From Octopus vulgaris (Eukaryota), in assembly GCA_951406725.2 (NCBI GenBank), contig OX597828.1:61318001-61382000 (forward strand): a stretch of 64,000 bases of DNA, given 5' to 3'. The notes beneath the pieces are model-generated. The model ran no database searches. It was not told where the DNA came from and saw nothing but the letters and a program-made list of their open reading frames with translations. This document shows, in pieces, positions 29,621-41,985 of this stretch (the stretch's first letter is position 1; each line of letters opens with the position of its first letter). The position numbers and the translations under genes were made by a program.

Positions 29621-30454
29621 ATCTAACACAATGAACAGAGTTAAAACAGTAATTACGCAGAGCAAGAGATACATATACCACACGTGACGGCAGAGCAAAC
29701 AACACTGAGAGTTACCAAGAACGTAATACGTCAGCGCCATCTATTGCTAAACTAAATAATGAACTTTCTCATCGTTTTTTTTTATTGCTGTTGTTTCTTT
29801 AATTATGAATTAAGATCGCTTTCATTTTAGCAAATTTTATAATACAGCGTATATCTAGCCGAAAGTATAGTTATAATCATGCGCATGCGTATAACTCAAA
29901 ATCCTGACGTGGTAGAACAATACTGAGTGCAGATTCGGAATCAGCATCCTCGATTTAGTCTAAAACACATGCTTTTACTCTTGAAGAGTTCACCGAGTCG
30001 GTTATCTATTTTATATTGGTTTATCGTTTTGTTAGAAAATATTGGTGTATTTTAGAATTCTTGTTTGCTTAATATTAGGTTCAAGTAAGACTGCAAAATG
30101 GTCGAATCGTTAGCACCGTCGGACAAAATGCTTAACGGTATTTTTTCCGTCTCAATATGTTCTTAGTTCAAATTGCGCCGAGATTGACTTTGTCATTCAT
30201 CCTTTCGAGATCGATAAAATAAATACCATTTGGGCATTAGAGTCAATGTAATCGACTTACCCCTCCCCTCAAAACTGCTGGCCTTGAACCGAAATTGGAA
30301 AGAAATTTTAGTTTTTGTTTAGTTTGGGAGCTATTCGCATGCTTATAGAATTTAAGACTAGATATTAAATGTAGGAGGTCGGAAATGTTGGTGTATTCAT
30401 TAAGGAGAGAGAGAGAAAGAGAGAGAGAGAGAAACAAAGAGAGAGAGAGAGAAA

Positions 30455-30505
<51 letters not shown>

Positions 30506-30532
30506 AGAGAGAGAGAGAGAAACAAAGAGAGA

Positions 30533-30596
<64 letters not shown>

Positions 30597-30914
30597 TGGG
30601 GAGAGTGCAATTTTCATGTTTGCCTTTTGCTGGTGTGAGATAGTAGTTTTATATATCTTTTAATTAGCTTTTGTAATCACGCTACATATTTTATCTTTTA
30701 CTTATTTCAATCATTAGACTGCAGCCATACACCGACATGAAGAATTTCTAGTTGAATGTATCGACCCCAGGACATATTTTTACTTTAAGCCTGGTACTTT
30801 TTCTATCGATCTCTTTTTCCAAACCACTACGTTACGGGGGCGTAAACACACTAACACTGGTTGTCAAGCGGTGGTGGGGGACAAACATAAACATGCATAC
30901 ATGCATATACATAC

Positions 30915-30967
<53 letters not shown>

Positions 30968-30985
30968 CATACATACATACATACA

Positions 30986-31049
<64 letters not shown>

Positions 31050-31247
31050 AATTGAGAGAAAACTGTCGTATATATAAATTAATTGTTATCACCATATTAA
31101 TATGGCATTCTTATAGATATAAGAATAATCGCTGCCGCTGGTCAGCTCCATCAGGCCACCGCCTTAAGATAGCTATTGATACACGATCTGTATCCATTAT
31201 AACCTTCGAACAAGGGAGGTCAGCCGCTTCACACTGCCAGTCCGACA

Positions 31248-31289
31248 GCTACAGACGCGTTTCGGGGTATTGCCCCTTGTCAATGTAGC
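31248..31289 (-). ncRNA. Minimal hammerhead motif (U3:A8 variant), fully paired
   Basis: GCTACA-TTGACAA-GGGG caata CCCC-GAAA-CGCG-TC-TGTAGC on the minus strand. Confidence 0.8.
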
Positions 31290-31367
31290 GCAGTCAGACC
31301 CCGCAGGTGTCGCCACTGACGTCTCTGTTCGAAGGCTTATATTTACCTAGTTTCAGTGGAATACATC

Positions 31368-31416
<49 letters not shown>

Positions 31417-31482
31417 GGTCCCGGGTTGATTCGGGGTTAACCACAGTAAGTAAGGTACTCAATACATAGCAGAGTAAAATTA

Positions 31483-31608
31483 ATTTATTATATAGAAGGA
31501 GCTTCTACAGGACTAGTACTGTTTCATTCAAGAGAAATCTTCAGGAAGATTTCTGAAGATTTCTCTTGAATGAAACAGTACTAGTCCTGTAGAAGCTCCT
31601 TCTATATA

Positions 31609-31614
<6 letters not shown>
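31483..31614. repeat. Perfect inverted repeat, 62 bp arms, 8 bp spacer
   Basis: 31483-31544 is the reverse complement of 31553-31614. Confidence 0.92.
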
Positions 31615-31647
<33 letters not shown>

Positions 31648-32010
31648 CGACAGTTTTCTCTCAGTTTCCATTTACCAAATCCACTCACAAAGCTTTGTTT
31701 GGTTTGAGGCTATAGTAGGTGCCACACAATGGGTCTGGACGCAAAACCCAAATGTGTGTAGTTAGAAAGCCAGCTTCTTATTACACAGCAACGCCTTCAC
31801 CAATAATAATTAGCAAATTTAAGTACAAATTTCATTTGACAACTTCGCAAGAACCATAACAGTAGTTGCAGACAAAATGATGAAGAGAATATTTGGCAGC
31901 CTGTAACTTAAATCCATGGGCTCAATTGGCGATTAAACGTCTCTTTTCACCAACATTGTATTTGAACCAACATTCCCTTTATGCGTTAAAAATTAAGATG
32001 TTAACTTTAA

Positions 32011-32565
32011 CCCTTTCGCTCCGACTTTTGCACAATCAGATTTTATTTTATTTTTTTCACATTTTCTGCTTCTTTAAACCATCATTATCTACCATAATTA
32101 AAATCTAAACTTTCTTTTTATCGCTACATATGATTTTTGAACGTGGGACAAAAATGTCCCAATAGTATTCTAATGAACAAATACTTGAAACTTCCTGCCT
32201 CGATCAAACGTTCAGCTACATTTACTAAGAAATTTATAAATGGTGGTTTCGTATGGTGAATTTCAGAGTGAATAACATAAACATCTCTCATCAGAAACCT
32301 GACGAACACTTTAGTCCACCATTTTCTACTTTTTTCGATCCAGTTCATACAGTGTTACCATTTGATCAGAGTGATCTACTCCACCCATATATTTGTTATA
32401 AAAGATAATCGCTTCTGGACAAGCGAACTCTTTCTTTTTTCCATCCTATTCCTTATGCTGTAATACTGATTTGTCCCATCCCAAACCATTTTAAATTAAG
32501 TAAAATTCACTTTAGTATTAAAAAACTTTTCTCCGGATACATGTGTCCCATTAGGAGCGAAAGGA
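32011..32565 (-). mobile_element. Internally deleted piggyBac element
   Basis: TTAA on both sides; TIRs CCCTTTCGCTCC / GGAGCGAAAGGA; minus strand PEAIIFYNKYMGGVDHSDQMVTLY and KSRKWW. Confidence 0.88.
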
Positions 32566-34711
32566 TTAAGGTAAACTGAAAAGATTTAGTAGATGATTTC
32601 ATTGCATAACATTATATTTCTTGTCTATTTCAAGTGACTGTTACCAGAAATTTTGTTTAATAGAGTAGAGGGTGCAAAATGGGTAATTTCTGATTTTTCG
32701 TTATTTCTCCTCACCTGTTTGAAATTATTACATTGCGAGTATTGCATCGTTATTTTGTACCGTTGCATCATCTTTAGGAGTAAAACTTGGTTAGTACTAT
32801 ACTTACTGTTCAAGTTGAAAGAATTTGAAACAAAGTCGGGTGACAGATTTTTCAAGAAATTTTTCCTCAATCTTAACTCACTTATATTTAAGGTTACTAA
32901 TAAAATATCTGAATAATTTTTGGTGTTCAACACTGAGTTCTTTTTTTTTTCTGTTGGATTCCAAGTCATTCCCCCCCCCCCCCACACAAACACACACTAA
33001 TGTCTAATTTGATCATGTCGAATTTGGTGCAAGATGAGTAAGGACAAATTTCAACTATTTCTTCTCTTCATCTGCATGGTGCAAAAATATATTATGAAGA
33101 GAGCCACTCCCGCAGATCATAAAAGGGGTATATTTTATGAGAGGATATTTTGTGCTAAGTTTTCAGATTTAGTCGGCTTTCGTTAATTTCATATCGCGTG
33201 CTAGTTTGCCAAGAGCCTCTTTCATTCGACCTAGATATTTAAAATTTTTATTGGATTTCTGATCTTTCTGATACCTTAGGTTAAATATTGATGTGTATGA
33301 GCCTTATTTCCAAAGTAACTCTGGAGAATTGAAAACGCAAATTTACCTTATTTTGTCTTACTCATTTTATCCCTCTTAAATTTCGCTTTTGTATGTTGAA
33401 GGAGAACGAAGATAACGTTCTGAAATAGGGTTCAGATTATGCTATAGTGTTTTTTAATGCAGTTAGAGGATGTCATTTGTTTAGCTAATGTAGTTTGTGC
33501 CCCTTGCACCCGCCATTCCTATCTACGCTACATTTCAAGCAAACAGAAGAAGGAACTCTACACGTTTGTAAAATAAAAAGGAAAGAAAAAGAAAAGACTT
33601 CCAAGAATGAAACAGAGGCAAAAAACATCGACTTACGTATAAAAACAGAATTTGCAGACATTTGATTTTTATCTTTTAATTGTGACCATGCTGGGGCACC
33701 GCCTTGAAGAATGAATTGACACTAGTACTTTTTTTTCAACTTGGTACTTATTGTATCGATTTATTTTGTCGAACTGCTAAGTTACAAGCACGTAAATACA
33801 CCGGTTGTCAAGCGGTGGTGGTGGACAAACAGACACAAAGACACACACACACAGGTATATACATATATATGTGTGTGTGTGTGTGTGTGTCTGTGTGTGT
33901 GTATTTATACACATGCATACATTTATGCGGATGTGTGAGTAAGCATGCATGTATTTATGCAAGAATTTATATTTATATGTACAAAATAGATGCAAATGAG
34001 CGTGTATATGCGTGAATACGTATAACATACAAGAGTTTGTATGCGTATATATGAGTTGGTGTATGTAAATGTCTATATACATGTGTGGATACGTATGTGT
34101 GTATACATCTTCACAAATATAAATTCTTTATTTCTTCTGCTATTCATCACTAACCTGTCCATTTAAGCAACTTGACTTATATTCTTCATTCTTCATTCTA
34201 ATTTTACTACCCTTACCTTCTCCCTACACTTTCTATGCCAATTTTGTGTGTGTGTGTGAGTGGGGGGGTTCACGGAAGCAACTGTTTTTCGAAGCCTCAT
34301 ATTGTCGTTAATTGCACGAAATGTGGAGTAGATGAACAGTTGATAACTGAGGAAGGGTCGTTCTTTATGTTACTTGTCTTGTTTTCCATTTGTTTTTCTC
34401 GTTGTTCGCATACCCAAGTTTGCCTTCGTATTTCATGTTGTTTACGTTTTGCGACGTCCTCTGTACCAATATATGCATATATATATATATACATAGACAT
34501 GTAAGCATGTACATATATGTATGCATATATATATATATACATAGACATGTAAGCATGTACATATATGTATGTATATACGCTATATATATATATATATATA
34601 TCCTTCGTATTTCATGTTGTTTACGTTTTGCGACGTCCTCTGTACCAATATATGCATATATATATATATACATAGACATGTAAGCATATATATATGATAC
34701 ATATATATGTA

Positions 34712-34906
34712 AATGTAATATTTGACAATTATTCGGTAGCCATGATAAAACTCCGAGTTTCGGATTCCGAGGTGGAAATCCATGTCACCATCTCTTCAGT
34801 TATCCGGCCATCGGATAAATGAGGAGATGGCGGCGTGGATTTCCACCTCGGAATCCGAAACTCGGAGTTTTATCATGGCAACCGAATAATTGTCAAATAT
34901 TACATT
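34712..34906. repeat. Fold-back inverted repeat, ~95 bp arms, 5 bp spacer
   Basis: 34712-34806 vs 34812-34906 with a few mismatches; related sequence near 58620-58715 and 62940-63040. Confidence 0.9.
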
Positions 34907-35427
34907 GAGAGATAAATTCCTCTATTTACATAATATCGAGGTCTCCTTTATTCTTTCGTTGTCTTACCATTTTTATCAATCTCTTATTATAAAAGGCAGA
35001 TTTTATCTGCCTCCCTTTGGGAGTTATACAAATCTACAATATAGGATTTCTTCAATTACAATTTACCTAGCAATTTTAAGAGTACAATGCATCGCGTCAT
35101 GCCAGCTCCAGTTTTTAAAATTTAAACTCCAATTAAGCAAAATTTACAGAAAACTCACATTCTGGTGTGTGTGTCAAATGCTTTTCTTAGTCTGGTTTAC
35201 ACCACACGCAAACGCACACACACAGTGGGCAACGAATAAAATGAAAGTAAATAGCGGACAGAGTGATTTGAGGAAGACTAAAGTGAAAGTATTCTGTCTA
35301 TGACGATGATAGATACATGAGTAAAATGTATGGGAAGCTAAGAGCTAAGAGTGAGTGAAAATGTTCTTGGAAGAGAGTAATTAGTAATAAAGTAAACATA
35401 CACTCATACATACATACATACATACAT

Positions 35428-35460
<33 letters not shown>

Positions 35461-35699
35461 TACACACACACATACATACACACACACATACATACATACA
35501 TACATATACATACATACATACATACATATACATACATACATACACACACACACATACACACAGTATTGAAGCTTGAGAACAATCAGATACATTTGCAACA
35601 CATCTGTTGAAAATATTATTGTTCACACACATACATATACATATATACATACAGACAGACAGACAGATAGACACACACACACACACACACACATGATCC

Positions 35700-36110
35700 A
35701 GCATGGCCACAACCTCAAGGCTGAAACATATAAAAGAATAACAGAATATAAATGTGTGCAAAGTACAAGAAATATTAATGCAGTATATGGGGATTGGACA
35801 ATAAGCGTAAGGCAGTGTCAATGGTGGTTCCAGAAATCCCGAGCCATAAACTACAGCCTAGAAGACGAGCCTCATCCTGAAAGATCTGTAGAACTCGACA
35901 AGGACATCCTGAAAACCCTGGTGGAACAAAATATCATCGTAACTGTTGAGGAACTAGCAGAGAAGCTTGGATTTGGTCATTCAACCATTCATTGACACCT
36001 GTGTGCTATCGGAAAAGTCAGCAAATTGGGTCAATGGGTTCCTCACGAACTTTCCGAGTCTAATTGCATGCAGAGAGTGAATGTATGCTTTTCTTTGCTG
36101 TCATATCTCA
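35700..36110 (+). mobile_element. Mariner transposase N-terminal (HTH) remnant
   Basis: RNINAVYG..QCQWWFQK..SLEDEPH..TVEELAEKLG..STIH*HL..GKVSKLGQWVPHEL. Confidence 0.8.
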
Positions 36111-36130
36111 CCACTACTGCGCTATGTATA

Positions 36131-36767
36131 TCTATATATATAAAACTGTAGTTGTGTGAGTGTCTGTCCCCTTCGATTTAGATTCCTAACTACTCCCACA
36201 TTTTGCGGTACAGTTTAACCAAATTCGGGTAGCTTATAGTCGTGATTCATATCGAGCCCGTCTGAATATTAGCGCGCGTCTACGATGAGTCTACGATTTT
36301 AAAAATAATTTAACATCATTTTTTATTCCATTTTAATGCATAATTTTTCGTGTGTCGATGGCGGCGGAGTTGGCGTCCACGCTCACATCTGCACCTGTGG
36401 GGAAGGGAGTGTAAGGAAATCAACGTCGTAATGCGTTGTCAAGGAGACCAGTGTTCTTTTAGAACAACGACTTCATGGCTTCAAGACACCAAAACAGAAA
36501 TGGCTAAGAAAGCGTCTACATGAGTCTACGATTTAAAAAAAAATTTACCATCGTTTTTTTTCCATTTTAATGCATTTTTTCGCTATTGTATAAGGGAAGT
36601 AACTCTCTAAAAATGTCTACGATGAGTCAACGATTTTAAAAAAAATTTACCATCATATTTTTTCCATTTTTAATGCATTTTTTGCTATTTTTTGGCTATA
36701 ACTCTCTAAAAATGCTTATATAGTTATTTCCCTTACAAACCCGAGCAACGCCGGGCGATACTGCTAG
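36131..36767 (+). mobile_element. Complete non-autonomous Helitron-like element
   Basis: Starts TC after A, ends CTAG before T; subterminal hairpin CCCGAGCAACGCCGGG; internal repeats of TCTACGATGAGTCTACGATTTT. Confidence 0.8.
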
Positions 36768-36864
36768 TATATATATATAAACGTATACATTTATATAGAT
36801 ATACATGCAGATATATGATACATTCACACACACACGTGCATAGATGCATACATACATACATACA

Positions 36865-36898
<34 letters not shown>

Positions 36899-38231
36899 CA
36901 TACATACATTCATGGTGGCTGCTCCCTCGTTATCGAGTATGGCCATTGCACGAAGTTTAATCAATGTTGTTATTGTGCAATGCCTGTGCAAGAAGATTTT
37001 TTTAAAGTGAAGAAAGGCTGTGCACAGAGTCAATCTCACTCACTAAGCAACAGCAGCCATAATCCGAAAAGAAGGACAAGTCAACATCATCGGTAACCAC
37101 TGAGCCGCAGGTTTTACGTCGGAGTTATCCCAGTTACCAGAGTTACCTTCTCCTAGAAGGATGCCCTAACAAAGGCTAGGAGTCCTTCACTCTCAATGGT
37201 TTAACCGCGCGATCGGGTATTCAGTCCGATTATTTCCATGTCCCCACGCATGATACAGCCTTAAGACATTTATTAGATGACCGTTGACTCTCAAGAGTTC
37301 CTCCGCCCTTTGACTGGTTTTGTTTTTCCTCCCGCAGGGTGTCCAATAAACACCCTCCTCACCAAGCAAGCTTGGTGGGGTTGCCGGTTTAGTCGCCGAC
37401 GACCCGACCATGCCACATGTTGTACTGGGTTACATGTTACCAGTAGCACTCGAAAGCGACCTCACATAACATACATACATACATACATACATACATATCC
37501 ATTCGTATGTAGCTCTATGTATACGTGTGTGTGTGTGTGTGTTATATGATTGATAAAAATTGTATTGACTGACACGCTTTTGCCGATAATATTTTATATA
37601 AAACTCTGTTTAATGTGTTTAACGTGTTTAAACCAGTCAATTTATTGAATAAGAATGGGTTCCGAATTTTAGCACAAGGCCGGCAAGTATAGAAGAGGTG
37701 TAAGTCTAATTTATCGGCCGGAATGTTCAGTTGGTACTTATTTTATGCATTTGTGTGTCTGCGTTTGTCACCCCACCATCGCTTGAAAACCGATGTTGAT
37801 GTTTTACCTCCCTGTAACTTAGCGGTTCGGCAAAAGAAATCGATAGAATAAGTACTAGGCTTACAAAGAATAAGTCCTAGAGTCGATTAGTTCGACTAAA
37901 GGCGGTGCTCAAGCATTTTGCCACTGTCGAATGACTGAAACAATTAAGATTCAGTGGAATTAGTGCTTAAATAGAGACAAATAGGTCTGAGTAACATGCA
38001 TACTCAACAATATTAAATGAATATCAGAATTGGTGCATAAATGCCGGCCACAGGATATTCTTGCAGATATTAAGACACAGCTAAATGAAGAAATCCGCTC
38101 TTAGCTATTCAGATATGTACGTTATATTAAAAATACTGTCTGTAATAATTACGAAGCGTAGATTCCAGGAAAGATGATTAAAATATGAGTAACAAAGGTA
38201 CAATTGTATCTCTTTGTTACTCAGTTGTGTG

Positions 38232-38298
<67 letters not shown>

Positions 38299-38313
38299 GT
38301 ATATATATTTATA

Positions 38314-38348
<35 letters not shown>

Positions 38349-38841
38349 GCGTGTGTTTCTTTATGCCGTGAGTGGTGCGTGTGTATGTAGATGTATGTGA
38401 GTATTTGTATGTAGTGTTTTAATGAGAAGATTGAAGTGGAGAGGCAAAGACGACGACGTTCCGCTACTTTTCAGCTCAGTAGGGGAGAGGGTTTTAGCGT
38501 CGAACATCATTGATCCCCAACCTCTCGGACCGAAGAGAACACCAAGTTCCGTAAGTGATTAACTCATTCATTCACTGATATATTATACATACATATATAT
38601 ACATACTTACGTACGAACAGACAGACAGACATACACACATACACATAAAAACACATACATGTATACATATACACACAAACATATATATATATATATATAT
38701 AGATATATGTATATATACATATATATATATACATATATATATATACATATATATATATACATATATGTATATATACATATATATACATATATATATCTAC
38801 ATATATATATATATATATACATATATGTATATATACATATT

Positions 38842-38905
<64 letters not shown>

Positions 38906-39171
38906 TATGTACATATATATATATATAAGCGCTGGGGACCGCACACATACACGTGAATGAATATACACATACACATGCGTTCATATGTGTGTGTATGTGT
39001 GAATGTATATGTGCTTGTGTGTGTGTGTGTGCGGGCGGGTATTTGTGGGTGTATACATGTGTGCGTGTTAGATTGTTTATGTTTGCCTTTAACAGCAATC
39101 TCTACAGTTTTGCAGACATGCAAGCTCTGAGAGTATACTATCTGTGTATGTGTGAGAGTGTATATGTGCGC

Positions 39172-39254
<83 letters not shown>

Positions 39255-39385
39255 AGTATGTTCTATAATGAGTGATGGGTGCAGGGAGTGTAATGAAAGG
39301 GCACCAATGACAGATGTGCCCGACAAACAGATCGAGCAGTAGCGAGATTACCCAGACACACACACACACACACATATAGACAACG

Positions 39386-39434
<49 letters not shown>

Positions 39435-39467
39435 AGGGAGAGAGAGCAGGGAGAGAGAGAGGCATAG

Positions 39468-39514
<47 letters not shown>

Positions 39515-40109
39515 AAAAGTAGAGAGATACAGATTCATAAACGTCTCAGTAGCAGAATGAGAAAATTAGAAAATAAATTGAATTCTTTGCTCGTCATCTG
39601 ATATTCTTGATGTATTTATTCGAGTCTGTCTTTTGGGAATTATACCCTGCACTGTATGTGGTGATTGTGGTGGTTGAATTGGTGGTGTTGTCAGCGATGA
39701 TGGTACTGGTGATGACGGTGGTGTTACAGGCTGTAATGGTGATGAAGATGATGACGCTGGTGACGTTGGGAGAACGATGTTCATGATGTTGTTAAGAGTT
39801 GCTGTTAGTGGTAGACGTAGTAGTAATGATGATTATGATGGTGATGATAATGATAATAAGGGTGTCAGAAGTGGTGGTTCCTACGATGGTCTCCTGGTTG
39901 AAGATGTTGCTAATGGTGGCGATGGTGATGATGTCGCTGTGGTTAATGGTGCTGCTGTTACTAATGCTATTGTTTGGAGGCTGATCAGCTCTGATAGACG
40001 TGGTGGCAGAGGTGGTCGTTTTAGTGACAACATAATAATGCTGATAAAGGAGGTAGTTGTGGTGGTGGTTTTAGAGACTGTGGTTGTGGTGGTAGTAGTA
40101 GTGATGGCG

Positions 40110-40143
<34 letters not shown>

Positions 40144-40711
40144 TAGTGACAATATAACTGAGTTGAGATCGTGGGTACAGTGGCAATTAATGTTAGAGGT
40201 GTTGGTTAGGGTGACAATGTTTGTAATAATGGTGCTGCAAGACATTGTGCTTATAACGATGATGCTTGTGGCAGTGATGGAAGAATTAATGCTTTTGTGC
40301 TTGTGATGATTATGCTGCTTGGATATATAGTTTTAGTAGCGGTAACTAATAAACCTCCAGCCTCCTCGAATAAACCTATGATAAAGATTTTAAATTTTGA
40401 CCGCCTCATCTTTTTTCTAGATGTTGCCTCGAATTGCTAATGTCTTTTTTGAAGACAGCTGCATTGTCAGTTGGAAGAGGTTTGCCATTAACTTCTGGCT
40501 GCTTTAATCCACGTAGCGACCGTTATCGTCGTCACATTTGCAATAGTTGTTTACGAAATTAGGTGAAACTGTTTTTGTTGTTGCTATTGTCCTTATCTGC
40601 TGGTCAATCCTGAACGAGCAAACGATTATTAAAGACATTCCAGCTATGATCATGCTAAATGTCTGTACTCAGTACTTTAATCTTTTCTTTCGAAAAGTAT
40701 ATATTATCATA

Positions 40712-40912
40712 AGCTGGCAGAATCGTTAGCACGCTGGGTGAAATGCTTAGCGGTATTTCGTCAGCTGCTACGTTCTGAGTTTAAATTCCGCCGAGGTCGA
40801 CTCTGCCTTTCATCCTTGCGGGATCGATTAAAACCAGTTACGCACTGGAGTCGATGTAATTGACTTCATCCCTTTGTCTATCCTTGTTTGTCCCCGCTAT
40901 GTTTAGCCCCTT
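40712..40912 (+). mobile_element. SINE family A (further copies near 30095, 42098; minus strand near 49990-50160 and 50930-51100)
   Basis: Recurring GCTGGCAGAATCGTTAGCA..GAGTT(C/T)AAATTC.GCCGAGGTCGAC with Pol III box-like motifs. Confidence 0.75.
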
Positions 40913-40924
40913 AAATATTTTATA

Positions 40925-41089
40925 GGCGCAGGAACGGCTGTGTGGTAAGTAGCTTGCTTACCAACCACATGGTTCCGGGTTCAGTCCCACTGCGTGGCAC
41001 TTTGTGCAAGTGTCTTCTACTATAGCCTCGGGCCGACCAAAGCCTTGTGAGTGGATCTGGTAGCCGGAAACTGAAAGAAGTCCGTCGTA

Positions 41090-41183
<94 letters not shown>

Positions 41184-41425
41184 TGTGTGTGTGTTTGTGT
41201 TTGTGTGTGTGTGTGTGTATGTGTGTGCGTTTATCTCCCCCCTCCCGTAACATCGCTTGACATGAGATGCTGGTGTGTTTATGTCCCCGTAACTTAGCGG
41301 TTCGGCAAAAATAGCGATAGAATAAGTACTAGGCTTAAGTACTGGGGTAGATTTGCTCGACTAAAAGGTGGTGCTCCAGCATGGCCGCAGTCAAATGACT
41401 GATACGAGTAAAAGAATAAAAGAAA
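40925..41425 (+). mobile_element. tRNA-derived SINE family B with internal (TA)/(TG) tract (further copies near 42360, 46981, 53200; minus strand near 11180-11720 and 45650-46030)
   Basis: GGCTGTGTGGTAAG (A box), GGTTCAGTCCC (B box), shared body and 3' tail across copies. Confidence 0.8.
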
Positions 41426-41923
41426 ATATATATAAAGAATGGGAGAAAGAAAGGAAAAGACAACGAGGTTTAGTTTGAAAGAGAAAGATTGAACTGCTGT
41501 AACTGGGAGGTCAAAGGAAGACGAGGCTCTTGTTGGCTCGTGCTAGTGACATAGGTAATAGTTTCAGCAACAATGATAATGCTGCCGCTGCTACTGGTGC
41601 CTTTGATGATAATTATGATGATAGAGGCGCGGTGGTGAGTGTGACGATCGTTGATTTGATTGTGGTTGGGACACTTTTGTTTGTATGCAACAGCTATAAC
41701 ATCTGAAAAAACGAAAACGCCAACATATATAAGCACACACACACTCAGTCACACACACACACAGACACACACGGGCACATATACATACACACCAACTAGA
41801 GAATAACTTAGGGGAACTTCTTGCTATGCATAAATTTTGCCTTTTTCGTCAGAGAACATACAACCGATCATAAGCTAATTCTACCTGCTTATGGTACGAC
41901 ACACATATACACATGTATATTAA

Positions 41924-41985
<62 letters not shown>

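Noticed and set aside
34423-34690. Short direct duplications; CRISPR-like array considered
   Set aside because: Irregular duplications among TA tracts in eukaryotic DNA; no repeat-spacer pattern.
39566-40320. Pro/Thr/Val-rich ORFs
   Set aside because: Degenerate GGT/GAT/GTT low-complexity tract with no domain.
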